A stretch of DNA of 64,000 nucleotides from Octopus vulgaris (GCA_951406725.2 OX597815.1:45260001-45324000), one strand, 5' to 3'. Shown: positions 27,155 through 41,691, numbered from the stretch's first letter. A program made the numbers and translations. The notes: a model not told the origin generated them from the sequence alone.

Positions 27155-28111
27155 CCACCCCTCTCTCTCTCCCCTTTCACCTGTAGTCCTTACATACAGG
27201 TTGCAATGCGTATGTGCAGTTATATACAACGGTATGAGCAGACGTTGTTTGATACGAACAGTCGCACCTAGGCGTTGTACCCATTCACGGTTAGACGACG
27301 ATGAGAGGAACAAACACACACCCACACACATATATATATGTGTGTGTGCGTCTATACAAACATATATGTAAATATGTATACAACCTTCAGCTAAGTAACA
27401 GTCATGTACACAACTTGGACGGACACATGCCAGTACACGGACATACGTTCACATACACATACACATGTACACACTCTCACGGACACATCTGCCCATTCTC
27501 CTAGACACTCACATACATACGTAGCACATGAATACAAACATACATACATACCTACGTATGGGCATACACACGTACATACGCACGTACATGTACACACACA
27601 CATACATGGGCACATGCATACGGGCGCGTATACATACATACGCACATGCGTACGTATGTACATACATACATACATACATACATACATACATACATACATA
27701 CATACATACATACATACATACGCACATACATACATACATACGAACAATAGTAAACATTAGTTCTGTGATATAGAGATAAAAATCTGATAATAGATTTTAG
27801 GGTATAGTTCTTGTGAGCAAGCGTCATAAATTCACTTTCTAGCCTCGGCCGTAGGGAGTTGAAATTTGATAGCGTTGTGATGAGTGGTCACTCTACATCC
27901 ATCCATCGCTACAGGTCTATAACTTTATGTTTTATAGAGTGTATGTGCGTGCTTATACACACACATACATATATACATACATACATACATGCATACACAG
28001 GCGTATGTGCGGACATGAATACGTACATACATACACACATGTATGCATACATACACACATACATACGTACATACATATATATGACGAACTAACTGTTACT
28101 TTCTTAGATGC

Positions 28112-28250
28112 AGCACGGACTTTGTCAGTGAACAGGTCGCGGATTTTAGCGACGAAAATATTTTGACAAATTAAACTTAAATGTTGGAGTGAATCGAACG
28201 GCTTTTGTGTGTTTCTTAAATGGCTTATAAACACCTCCCACGCTGCAATT

Positions 28251-28254
<4 letters not shown>
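28112..28254 (+). mobile_element. Partial copy of the 40540-41094 element
   Basis: One visible mismatch to ~40894-41036. Confidence 0.85.
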
Positions 28255-28300
<46 letters not shown>

Positions 28301-29237
28301 AAAAAAAAAGAATTTCGTTGAGATTTTCCCCACGCGATGAGTTCTATTGAAAAAATATATAATAAAAGAAAGAAAATGCCCACAATTTATAGATATATAT
28401 TAATAAAAGCCAAATTCTGTCTGTCCGTTCCGAGCCCCTTTATTTGATTCACTCTACATAAACATATTATAACTTTTTGGAATCAGGATGATCCCGAGAT
28501 TGAAAATCTGGCTTTCGTTTGGTTCTTCAACATCCAGCATTGAGATCTGATTGAAAAGCATTTGGGTTGCTATTTCTAGCAGGTAAAACTTAGCTGATCC
28601 ACGCAATCTTGGTTGGCGTATGTCAGATGACATCAGAGATCAAGGGGGAGACATATGATATTCGCTTCGTTAATTTTATGTTGTGATAAGAACTTTGGAA
28701 CAAATTAGCCAACAGTTGGAATACGACTTGGGACTGGAACAATAGTATAATGTCATTACAAAATTTATTCTCATTTGTCCTTAAGCTCTGATCAAACACC
28801 ACCGGGACATATAGTCATTATAGACGTATTATAGTCATACTATTTAGTTAGTTCTCTTCAGTTTTGGACCGTGAGCTAGCTTGAAAGTCCGCACGGATTG
28901 CGGTTTTTAAGCTGGTTTTTAATACATTATAAAGGATAGAATATGATAATAGTCGACTGGTTTCGTGTTTCGCTAATCATGACATTTAAATTAGTGAAAA
29001 TATTGCAATTTTGTATTTTGTTAAGAAGTTTTTAGTCCATGTTGCTTGTATGAGAGTTTGTTTGTAAATGATTCAGCATTTTCTGTCTATCAAACCCACT
29101 CATAAGGTTTTGGTCGGCCCAAGGATTACAATAGATGTTACTTTTTCGAGATATCGTGCAGTGCATCTGAACCCAGATGTTGTGGTTGAGCAGCAAACTT
29201 CTTACCACACAGCCAATACATTTTCTCCTCATCAATA

Positions 29238-29810
29238 TCTATAAATCTGAAATGCGAAAAGTTTGTTTCTCTGGTTTTAGCATCGGAACGGGTTAAAGGA
29301 CACTAGATCCCGTCGGATTGACTCCAAAATTTACAGGAACATGTAAAATGAGATGAGGATGTGAGTGGGCTAGGTTAGAAATCCATATCTTAAAAGGTGT
29401 GGTTACCAGGGCAAAAAACGCACACTTTGACAAGTCCTCTCATTCTCTTATCTGCTTGTCTTCCTCCGTCTCTCTCTCTTTCCTCCCATCCTTTCACTTT
29501 CTTTCTATAACGTCGTTTGACAACGTCTACTATCTTTCCCCCGCTGCCTTCACTCTTTCTTCCACATCCACTCTCTCTCTCTCTCTCTCTCTACGTCTGT
29601 CTGCATTCACAGAGAGAATTATTATCGCCACCACCACCAGGTTTTTGTTGTTTATAAATGGGAGAGAGATAGATAGAGAAAGATAGAGAGTAAGAGAAAG
29701 CGAGGGAGAGTCCAAGAGAAAGGAAGTATAAGAGAGTAGGAATGTGAGTCATGAGAACAAATATTATGAATCAGATATTTATTGGGTTAATTGATATATG
29801 TGTGTGTGTG

Positions 29811-29859
<49 letters not shown>

Positions 29860-29960
29860 GTATATATACAAAGTGTATATATCTGTATTTATATATATAT
29901 ATGTATATATATATATAATTTGTATACATTTGTATATATAATGCGTACACACACACACAA

Positions 29961-30013
<53 letters not shown>

Positions 30014-30658
30014 GCGTCTATATGTACATATATATATTTAATGCGTAATGTGTACATTATGTGGTCGGTTGAGCTGAAAATATGCACACCTAAAAGTGCT
30101 GGCGAGTTTGCATGGCAACTATTTTTTTCCTCAAATGAAAGGCGTGACCTCTAGGACAAAATTTGGTGTTTAGGAATTTTCTTTTACATCAAGTTCAAAA
30201 TTTTACGCCAGCCGTTAAACTGCCACTACGTTGCTGTCCGTCGTTAAGAAATGCCAGCCATGGTGACTCTATTATCCTCAGATTCTATCCCTTCAAACTT
30301 TGGTTTCCAATATTTTTTTTTATTCAGCTCGCAAGTTCGTCTGTCCCTTTTGCCTTGAAGCAGACCTTTCCGTTGTCACTGCCTGATATTTATGATTGAT
30401 CTTTCAAAATATTTCTCTCTCAGCTTACTCAAGATTTTTGTTGTTTATAAATGGGAGAGAGATAGAGAGAGAGAGATAGAGAGTAAGAGAAAGCGAGGGA
30501 GAGTCCGAGAGAAAGGAAGAATAAGAGAGTAGGAATGTGAGAGAGAGAAAGGAGAGAGAAACAAAGAGGGAGAATGTGGTGATAAAAAATAGAAAGGAAG
30601 CAGCAGAAAGTAACAACCACACTCTTACCCGCACGTAGAGCGGGTCACCTTAAGCTAG
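29238..30658 (+). mobile_element. Non-autonomous Helitron with internal duplication and insert
   Basis: A|TCTATAAATC 5' end; hairpin ACCCGC-ACGTAGA-GCGGGT then CTAG|T at 30655-59; direct repeat 29640-29748 / 30433-30541. Confidence 0.75.
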
Positions 30659-31816
30659 TTACGAATATAATTGTTATTCATCGAATTTATTTTAGAACAC
30701 GTTATTAAGCGAGATAGACTGCACGTTATATCTGCGTAAGAATTTGTGTATGCATATGTATATGCATGCATGTGTTCATAAGTGTATTCATGTGTATGTA
30801 TGCATATGCGTGTACATTTATACGAGAACTCAGTAAGTCCCATCCATGTGTTGTGCGCGCATACGTCTATGTGTGAGTACGTGTATAGCTCTCGTAGGTA
30901 TATCTGCTAAGGCTATCATGGTGAACCTGTTTAATAGGAATACGCCCGGATTAAGGAACCTTTTAATCGGTGTGGGTATTTATCTATGCAAGAAAACGAT
31001 TTCTGACGAATTAGACGACCCCGATCACTTTTCAGAGTTCTATATTGTCACAAACACTCATTGCCGATTATCATTTTCTCATATATGCTGCATAGAAGCA
31101 CACTGCCAGATATAAATAGGTACCAATATACAATACGTACTGCAATAATGTTGACCGACACTTTTAAGTTGACATGAAATTATGCTTATGGTTTCATTAG
31201 ATGGTATCATGAAACTGAACTTACATTCGGTGATTGTTAGCTTTTGAAATAAATAATGACAGATGTCATGGCGGTAAACTCAACAGAGAAATGTAGGATT
31301 ATTTATTGGTAGATTATTTATTGATTTGTTTCGTTTCAATACTAATACATTTTTTAATACCTAATATCCATTCACATTTTATATTCTACGGAATTAATCA
31401 CTTCTGTCTAAATCGGTTTTTCTTCGGTGATTACAATTTCTGCCCTTGCTTCTAAGAACACACTTAGCGTCATCTAAATTATCTCAGTCCAATTTCCAAT
31501 TCAAAGAGCAAAGTATACTAATGACAAATGTGTTTTAATAAATCATGTGTATGAGTGTGTGTAGGTGGGGGGGGGGACATCTCCACACCGTTAAGCAAGC
31601 TACATTAGATTAACATGTTAATTTCGGATAAGAAATTAATACTCGTCAGTAATGCTTACTCGTTTATATATACATGCGCAAGCGTGGCTGTGTGGCATGG
31701 TGTTTGCTTCCCAATCACATAGTTCCGAATTCAGCACCATTGTTGCACCTAGGGCAAGCCTCGGGTCGACCAATGCTTTATGAACGAATTTGATAGGAAA
31801 CTGAAAGAAGCCCGTC

Positions 31817-31866
<50 letters not shown>

Positions 31867-31915
31867 ATCCTACGTAACCGCGACAACCTTTAGTACTATA
31901 TATATATATAGATAG

Positions 31916-31963
<48 letters not shown>

Positions 31964-31999
31964 CGCGTGTGTATGAGAGAGAGAGAGCAGATACACACA

Positions 32000-32044
<45 letters not shown>

Positions 32045-33523
32045 CAGCCGAAATCTGCGATGAGGGATCAGTTTCTGACTGAAGAATGAAGGCTTTGAAT
32101 GACCCGTTTGTCTTTTTGTTCGTCCCTTCGTGTATTTCACGTTATTTATTTATGTAAAGGTCTATTATATATACATATATATATATATATATTGGGGCAA
32201 AAAGCCTTGCAACGTGTATTTAAATGCTCCTATGCTTCTAGTCGGCTACCACGTGTTATATCCTGGCGTAACTCAACGTACGGGTCTTCATGTGGAACTC
32301 CTTCTTACATAGGATTAAAATAATGATAATAACATGACGGTTGAAGTTGACAATCTTAAATGGTATATCACATCATATGTTTCTGCACCCCCACTGTAGT
32401 GTTGAGTTGCAATTTTCATATTCATATAACATAATTTAAGATTACACTTCTTCAGGTGGAAGCCGAGAAGTTTTTTTTTTTTCCACTCGATGAGGTAACC
32501 ACACAGAGCTGTTGTTAAAAAATCTTCAAATACATAACTATTAAGAGTAATTTTAAATAATGTTATATCAATATGATAATTGCTACTTAACGCTGGTGTC
32601 GTGTGCAGAAACATTTGTTGTGGAATATCATTAACTACTATCAACTTCCATCCTCGTGTTATTATTATATATATGTCATGCATTGATATGGCGGTGCATA
32701 TGTGCACGTATATATATGTATGTATATGTGTGCGTGCTTACTTCTTTGTGTTTATTCCTCCGTTGCTAGACAATTGGTGTTAGCTTGCTTACACCGCTGC
32801 AAACACGTTCGAGAGAATAAGTATAGTACTTAAAAAGAAGTCCTGAAGTCGACTTCTTGGGCTAAACACTTCAAAACGGTATTCCAGTATGACCGCTAAC
32901 AGAAAAAGTAACTGGCAGGAAAGTAACGGGAAACAAGACATACCTTTTCCATTTTTTGCATTCTTATATACGTCTTGGCAGCCGGTTTGCGTTTGTTTAT
33001 TTCCTTGTATCCAAGCGGTTCGGCAAAAAATACCGATAGAATAAGTACCAAGCTTAGAAATAGGTAATAGTGTCGATGCGTTCGAATAAATCTTTCGTGG
33101 CAGTACCCTGGAATGGCCACAGTCCAGTGACAGAAACAAGTAAAAGATAAAAGATAAGAAAGAACACTCACCAAAAAATCGATGGTACTTTCAGATCACA
33201 ACACTTATTTAAACAAAAATTCTCGCTTCATGAATTATTTCAGCAGGAGTTTGGCATTTAAAATCCAGCAATTTATATAAAAGATTCTAGAAATATTAAT
33301 GGAAGTTTGGTAAAGTTTCTCTTACGGTTTGTTAAAGAGTATATAAAAACATTATAAAAATCGTTTTCCAACAGGCTAACAGAGAAACCCGATGAAAGGT
33401 CCATCCACGAGATACCCACGGAAGACAGTTAAATCTCTCTCAAACCATACCCTACCAACAAAATAAATAATGTAGTGTGATATACATGATACCTGAACAT
33501 AAATCGAGATGTTTATAGCAGGA

Positions 33524-33790
33524 AAGCAATTGATCATATGTCTGCTCATTCAGGGCTCACCTAGGGCTAAAAAATAATGACAACAGAGCATCCAATTCGC
33601 TGATCCACCAATTTGCTGGTTCGCCATTTCGTTGATCCACCACTCAAAGCATTTGATCATACATCTGCTCAGTCAGGGCTCACCTAGGGCCAAACAATAA
33701 CAACAACAAGAGCAACCAATTCGCTGATCTACCAATTCGTTAATCCATCAGTTCGTTGATCCATCAATTCCTTGATTCACCACTTAGATA
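33524..33790 (+). repeat. Tandem duplication (~123-bp unit) of SINE tail plus short GATCCACCA repeats
   Basis: AAGCA.TTGATCATA..TCTGCTCA.TCAGGGCTCACCTAGGGC occurs twice. Confidence 0.75.
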
Positions 33791-34486
33791 CGTTCAGCAT
33801 ACGGAAACACCCAACACAAGACAACGCATGGGCAAATGCAAAGTTGACATAAAAAGATATAAAACCGTCAACTATGAAAGCGATATTACTCCAGTATGGC
33901 CTTAGCTTTCTGAGATAACTCGAAAAAAAGACATTAAGAACTAGAGCCAAAACAAACTAATCATACGATCATGGTCCCACCTCGAACATACAAAATGCCT
34001 GGGAGGGGAAAAGCAGGAACATTACAAAACCCGCTTTCTCCTTCCACTGTTATAAATTTGCGGTCTTGTGCCTGTATGTAAGAAATCTATATTATATAGC
34101 TTCTCCAATCTTGGCATACGATCTTTACTACAATGATAAATATTTTGTCAAAAACAATCTCCCTGGCACATTAAACTCACCATACACACATAAACACACA
34201 CATACACGAAGGCATGTATACACTCAGACACACACACACACATGCGTGCGCACACACACATGCGTTCGCATGCACACAGACACACACACATACAACGCAC
34301 ACATACATACACACCCAGTGTCACTGGCCCCTGAAGTGGTGCCCTCAACTTTTAGCAAAGACCAGCTGATAGAGCAATAAACTTGCCAGCTGTGATAGCG
34401 AGTTCTAGATATATTTGCTAACAACGCCGCTCTGTCACTTGTGTTGACTGAAATGTCCAGTGCCGACAGAATGCAGATGTGATGTA

Positions 34487-34493
34487 CATGTGT

Positions 34494-34533
<40 letters not shown>

Positions 34534-34674
34534 GTGTGTGTGCGCGTGTGTGAATATACGCGCATACACATATATGTATATGTGTGTGTGTGTGTATGCA
34601 TGTATGTATGCATGTATGTATGTATGTATGTATGTATGTATATATATATATATATACATACATATATGTGTATA

Positions 34675-34710
<36 letters not shown>

Positions 34711-34785
34711 CACATATATATACATATATATATATATATACACATATATATACATATATATATATATACATACAATATATATATA

Positions 34786-34816
<31 letters not shown>

Positions 34817-34881
34817 GTACATATATATGTGTATATATATATATGTATGTATGTATGTATGTATATATATATACATATATG

Positions 34882-34929
<48 letters not shown>

Positions 34930-34995
34930 TGTATGTATATATATATATATATATATATACATACATATATGTATGTATATATATATATACATATA

Positions 34996-35040
<45 letters not shown>

Positions 35041-35395
35041 GTATTACACATACACACACACACACACATACATACATACACATAAATACGCGGAGAGAGA
35101 GAGAGAAAGAAAGATAGACAGACAGAGCGAAAGAAACAGGAGAAGAAAGACTGTCTTTATGAGATGAGAGTGGTGATAGTCGCGATAGTAATTGGTGGCA
35201 CTGGGGGTTGTTCAGTGTAGATAAGGCATGTCAACTGGAAATCATTTTCAATGTTCACACACACACGCACATACACATACAAACACATACTCATACACAC
35301 ACACACACACACACATTCTCATACGCACACACACATTTACATATACTTATATATGCACGTACACATTTGTGTGTTTGTCTGGATATTTGAATATA

Positions 35396-35447
<52 letters not shown>

Positions 35448-35940
35448 GCACACACACACACACACACATACGTACACACACACACACTTATGTGTATGTG
35501 TGAAGTGTGTGTGTGTGTGTGTGTCCTATATATAAATATATACATACATACATACTCGGATATATATGTGTATGTAATGTATGTGTGTGTATATATATAT
35601 ATGCACATACATACACACGTGAATATATGTATGTATATATATATATACACACACACACGCATATATACATGCACACATACACAGTATATATATGTGTGTG
35701 CTTGTGTGTGTGCGTACATACATATGTTATATATTTATTTATAAGCGGACATATGTATATATATACACATATACACACATACACACACATATATATACAT
35801 ATGTGTGTGTGTGTGTGTGTGTATCTACGTTTATAAACACAAACATGTCTGTAAACGTGTTTGTGTGCGAATGCATTCTCTGCACATGAGTGATACACAC
35901 ATTATTGATACACACGCGTGTGTATCTATAATATTTTATA
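34487..35940. repeat. Compound (TG)/(TATG)/(TA)/(CA) microsatellite field
   Basis: Directly visible. Confidence 0.95.
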
Positions 35941-36662
35941 GGTGCGCATTGGCGAAATACTCCTATGCATAGAGTAACTAGTGCTTGAGATCGTATGTGG
36001 TAAGTCCAAACTTACTATAGGAGGCTTTCCGTTGTTTTCAGTTGTCATTAACCTGCAGTTAGACGTTTAATAGTCTAAACTGATCGATATTGACCTTTAT
36101 AGTTCCCTCAATCAATGGAGAATATAAGATTCGGTAGATTGGTTTCATGTGTACTTGTAGTGGTCAGTTTTATTATGTTATTGTTGTTATTGTTGTTGTC
36201 GTTGTTAATGTAGTTGTTTAACCCCCAGGTTATTACAGCTGAGCTATTATCAAAGGGCTTCCAGCTGGGGCCAAGTCAGTATTTTGAATATCAATGACTA
36301 CATTACCCAAGACGCCTATTTCTTTCTTAGTAAGGAAGTTTCTCTTTTTTTTTTTTAGCAAGTAAAGGGTCCTCCTAGAGGCCCTAAGTTTGCGTTGTGA
36401 TATATAATTGACTTTGCAGAACTATTATATTTGAACACCTGTTCTGTATGTAGTATCTAGTATTTGAACACCGACACTGTAGGTCATAATATTTAAACAC
36501 AGGCTGTGAAGGCACGTGGCCTTGTGGCTAGGGCGTTATAGATCGTGAATACGGTCTCTAGATCTTAAGCAAAACAATCCATTTCACATTGCTCTAGTGT
36601 TGTGTGGAGACTGGCATGCCAAAGAATCGAACCAACGTAAATAAATAAATAAATAAATAAAC

Positions 36663-36847
36663 GGCGAGCTGGCAGAATTGTTAGAACGCCGGGCAAAATG
36701 CTTAACAGTATTTAGTCCGAGTTCAAATTCTGAGTTCAAATTCTGCCGAGATCAGCTTTGCCTTTCATCCTTTCGGGGTGGATAAAATAAGTACCAATTG
36801 AACGCTGGGGTTGATGTAATTGACTCACTCCCAAAATTTGAAACCAG
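36663..36847 (+). mobile_element. SINE family A
   Basis: Head, B box (locally duplicated) and tail. Confidence 0.8.
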
Positions 36848-37709
36848 TATTTAAACACAAGCTTTATAAATACTATTACCTAAGTAGAGGTACTAAGCAC
36901 TCTTATGTCTGGAGAGTTGCAATAAGTGTGTGAATCTGAGAGAGGAATATGTTGAATAGAATCATAATTAACTGTATTTTCTTTTACCCACAACCAGGAA
37001 CTTTTCAGCACCCCTTCGTATAGCCTTAATATCTGAATACTAAACAATATTATTTGGACACCGGTTTTATAAACTCTAATGTCTGATCGACGGCTTTATA
37101 AATTCATCTAAAGGAGTGTCCATGCCAACTCCACTACGTGAATAGTTACATGGACAACTTTAAGAGAACGTAGTACACAAATTATTACGCTTATAATTAC
37201 ACACACACACACAAACAAACCCTCTTCTCTTTCTCTCTCTCTCACACACACACTCTCTGTATGTATCTATCTATCTGCCTGTCTGTCTGTCTGTCTCTCT
37301 GTCTCTCTCTCTCTCCCTCTCACTGTATGTATATGTATGCATAAATATGCATGTATGTTTTACGCATGTATACTCTACCCAGTAAATTAAGCGGTCGACA
37401 AGCTGGCAGAAACGTTAGCACTCCGGAGAAAAATGCATGGCAACATTGATGCATGGCCAAGTCAACTTGGCCATGCATCAATATGAGGTCGATAAAATAA
37501 AGTGCTAATCAAGTGTGTATCTAAATGTATACAATATGCCTCTCATGCCTACACTTATGTGAATATACGTGAATATGTACGATTTGTAATATATATTCGT
37601 ATGAACTTATAAACGTTTAAATCCTTTGTAAAACCTATAAATGATCAGTATACGGATGTTTATACATTCACATGTGAGAAATTCATATAAAGGACCCGAG
37701 ACTGTATTC

Positions 37710-38108
37710 CAGGGACATGCTGCCTAGGTAGGCAAAGTAGGCTGTGCCTACCTTGAATAAAATAGATAGATTGCAACATTTTCCTTTTATGGCAAAATAT
37801 GCACCCTAATTCAATAAAATTATGAAGGTTACTCTAATTACTATGCATAAAATACAAAATATTTTTTTTGTAGATTAGGTAGGTATAATTCTCAGCCTTT
37901 CAATCTTAGCATTTAAGCTACGCATAGTATTGCTGAAGTACACGTGCTGCGTACACTCCTACAACACAGTTTTCGTTACGTGCTGTAAAAGCAGAAGTAA
38001 ACCTGCCTTCAACTCAGTCGCGAGCCTGTGTTTCGCTTATTTTTGTGTGTTTTCTACATAAAGGTCACCAATTGCCTACCCTGAGTAATTACTGACGGCA
38101 CGTGACTG
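37710..38108. mobile_element. hAT-type MITE
   Basis: CAGGGACATGC...GCACGTGACTG termini; 8-bp TSD CTGTATTC / TTGTATTC. Confidence 0.75.
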
Positions 38109-38689
38109 TTGTATTCGTATAACGCGACTAAACTGCTGAATGCATGATCCAAGGATATTTTATGAATTTTACACTAACAATTACACAAAGGAAAAAAAAA
38201 CCAAAGCCAATGCAAGGGAACTAACAGATGAAGTCCCTACATGCGTATCTGATATCCCATCGTGTAATTTCAGGTAGCCCCACCCAATATGGAGCACGAC
38301 ATAGTAGCAGTGTTTTCTACATGAAACCATTGGTAGCATTGTCAATCCACAAATAAAGTATATGTGGGTACGTGCATTACACACACACGCACACATACAC
38401 GCACACACTTACACGCGTGCGCGCGCACCCACAAACACACGCACACCAACACACACATACGCATCTTTAATCTTTTAACTCTTTCAGCCATTCGACTGCA
38501 GCCATGTTGGAGCATTGTCGTGAAGAATTTCAGTCGAACGAATCGACCCTAGTAGTTATTTTTTAAAGCCTGGAATCTATTTTATCGGTATTTTTGGTCG
38601 AACCGCAAAGTTATGGTGATGTAAACGCACAAACACAAATTATCAAGCAGTGCTGGGAGACAAACACAGACACAAACACACATACATAG

Positions 38690-38784
<95 letters not shown>

Positions 38785-38798
38785 CATACATACATACA

Positions 38799-38829
<31 letters not shown>

Positions 38830-39537
38830 GGGCTTGTTTCAGTTTCCGTCACCCAAATGCACTCATAATGTTTTGCTCGGCTCGAGGCTATAGAAGACAC
38901 TCAAGGTACCAAGCAATAGGAATGAATCCGGAACCATGTGGTTGGGAAACAAACTGCTTACCACGCAGCCACACCTATACATACTTAAAAGGACACCGTA
39001 AAGTTCGACACAATAAATTGAGACTACGAGCTGTGAATAGCCTCACCGATCGAAGAATGTATAGCGCTCTGCGTTCCTTTTCCTCATCAGCTACGAACAA
39101 CACCAAGTGCAAGTTTATTTATTTAGTTCTATCCTAATCAATAGGATATTACTCTCATATACATAATATCACAAGCACTATTAACATATAATTTAACGTG
39201 GGATACCGCATACAAAGACTAATAGTCGTTTACATGGAATTCTACGTTGTGAAAATGTATTGAACAATTTCACGAGCCGTTTTTCGCTGTACTTTAGGGT
39301 GTAAATAATCGTTTCAAGTTAGTATTCCTCACAGGTAATTCGTTGTTTATGTAGTCGAGCGAACATTTGCTATTCATAAATACACACGTCTTGACCAATC
39401 TCAAAAGTTTATCGTAGATTCCTACGAAAACACATCTAGAATTTTTTCAAATACATGACACATTTTAGTCATAACTGTTAATACAAGGGAGATAACCATC
39501 CCTTCACAACATGAGAACGTATCACTATATGTTTGTG

Positions 39538-39602
<65 letters not shown>

Positions 39603-39685
39603 GTATGTACACATATTTTAATGTGTACGTATATGTACACACACACATACACACACACACACGCACACATACGCATACATATATA

Positions 39686-39906
39686 CAGCAATCCCCTGCC
39701 ATATCGCGGTTCACCTATCGCGGTTTATTATTTAAGCTTACGTCGATTCCTCCGTGAAGTTGTTTTGCATTTATAATAAAATAATTATATATATAAATTA
39801 TAAAAATAGTATTTAAAAACAGTATAGTACTGTTTCTACTTCGCAGATTTTCACCTATAGTGGGAGGTTTTGGAACGTAACATCCGCGATAGTCGAGGGA
39901 TTACTG
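39686..39906. mobile_element. Tigger/pogo-type MITE
   Basis: TA|CAGCAATCCC...ATCGCGG ... CCGCGATAGTCGAGGGATTACTG|TA. Confidence 0.8.
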
Positions 39907-39917
39907 TATGTATGCAT

Positions 39918-39960
<43 letters not shown>

Positions 39961-40451
39961 CATGCATGCGTGTTAAAGTAGGAGGAATATTCATATACGC
40001 TAAGTACGTACGTCTATGTGGGGATGTAAGTTAGACTAGCCCAGTGTATTCATGAAAATAAATAGTTTTAATTACCTACAAGCTGTCAAATATGAATAAC
40101 AAACTGTATTAGAAATACATCACGTGTTCTGATAACTGATATTTATATTTGTCTCTATTTATAGTTCCCTCTCTCTACACTGATAAGAAATATATCGACG
40201 TTTAGCCACTGTAGTATTTAAATTATTTGACCCATCTATTCACCGCTTGAGGATTTGTTGATGCTTAGACGCAGTCTGAGGGCTGTTTCGTTTGTTATGC
40301 AATCTCACAGGATGTGTTGATGTAATACGTTTTTAAGATACCACTTTATATGACAGATATGTATTGTTAATAAAATTCGTCTTGGGATATATCAAATAAA
40401 CGTAAAATTCATCTCTGCACTCACATATTTATGTGTGTGTGTGCGTACGTT

Positions 40452-40518
<67 letters not shown>

Positions 40519-40539
40519 TTGTAAATTTGTAGTGTAATA

Positions 40540-41094
40540 TATGGATCTATAGAATCATGTGGCTATCACGGAAAATTCCATCCAGCGGACCCAGCTAGCA
40601 GATGAAGATAATCCAATACTGAAGAATAAAATATGGAGTTCTATGCACCTGAAATCCAGGAGATCCGATCGTCCTGTTTATGTTACCAATTTTGACCCTC
40701 AGCAAAATCCCAAATTTTATTTAATTTGCTTTGCGGAAGCAACTGTTTCTTCGAAAGTGTATATTGTTGTTAAATGCTCGAAATACGAGACTAGAGAAAC
40801 AGCCAACAACTTTATGTTGTTTGTTTTGTTTTCCATTTGTGTCTTCCGTTGTTCGAAAGAACAGTTCATGTTCCATGTACTCGTGGTTTGTATTAGCACG
40901 GACTTTGTCAGTGAACAGGTCGCGGATTTTAGCGACGAAAATATTTTGACAAATTAAACTTAAATGTTGGAGTGAATCGAACGGCTTTTGTGTGTTTCTT
41001 AAATGGCTTATAAACACCTTCCACGCTGCAATTGTTTTCGTTTCAGCACACGATCTCAGATCAAATTACTTGCTATGCGAGTACATCTCCGTAA
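40540..41094 (+). mobile_element. Unclassified young ~550-bp interspersed element with THAP-like remnant
   Basis: Near-identical partial copies at 43115-43244 and 28112-28254; termini TATGGA...TCCGTA. Confidence 0.7.
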
Positions 41095-41104
41095 TATATA
41101 TATA

Positions 41105-41388
41105 TATATATAAAACTTGCTCATGTTGTGGACATATATAGGACAGATAAGTATGACAGATAAGTATGAGACAGAGAACCACACTACATAAGAAACAGAC
41201 CCCCCATTCCAGCAATACAAACAGATTTCTTTGAGTGAAAACATAGAGAGATGTGCAGGTAATATCCAACCACACTTCACAGTTTTCCCCATCTACCAGT
41301 GCAAAGAAACAATTTCTATACAAGAACGTTTAAATAAAGAAAATCTGTTCATTGAAAAATACAGAACACATCTAAATATGAACGCATA
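41105..41388 (+). pseudogene. Second Penelope-like GIY-YIG endonuclease remnant
   Basis: CSCCG..YIGQ...RQRTTLHKKQ...SENIERCAGNIQPHFTVFPIYQCKETISIQERLNKENLFIEKYRTHLNMNA*. Confidence 0.8.
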
Positions 41389-41662
41389 ACCAATTTTGAT
41401 CTCAGTATATATTTTAATTCATGATCACTTATCTGTACATATTTCATCTCACTACTTCAACTTTTATGCTTTTGTGTATATTTTATTTATCCTCTCCCCC
41501 GAAAGATGAGCAATTACCTCCCCTGTCCCCAATAATAGCGATCACCGATTACACTCCCTCTTAAATTATTCTACTTGTTAAATCATTCATTCACAAACTT
41601 CTCCATACAAAACATGGACTAAAATCTTCTTAAGAAAATACGAAATAACAATAATTTCAATA

Positions 41663-41691
41663 TCATGATTAGCGAAAGCAAAACCGGTCGA
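41663..41691 (+). ncRNA. Decayed minimal hammerhead in the 3' pLTR of the PLE remnant
   Basis: TC-ATGATTA-GC-GAAA-GC-AAAA-CCGG-TC-GA versus canonical CTGATGA-GCGAAAGC-GAAA-CCGG-TC; palindrome ACCGGT. Confidence 0.6.

Noticed and set aside
31002-31040. CTGACGA core word
   Set aside because: No downstream GAAA or supporting helices
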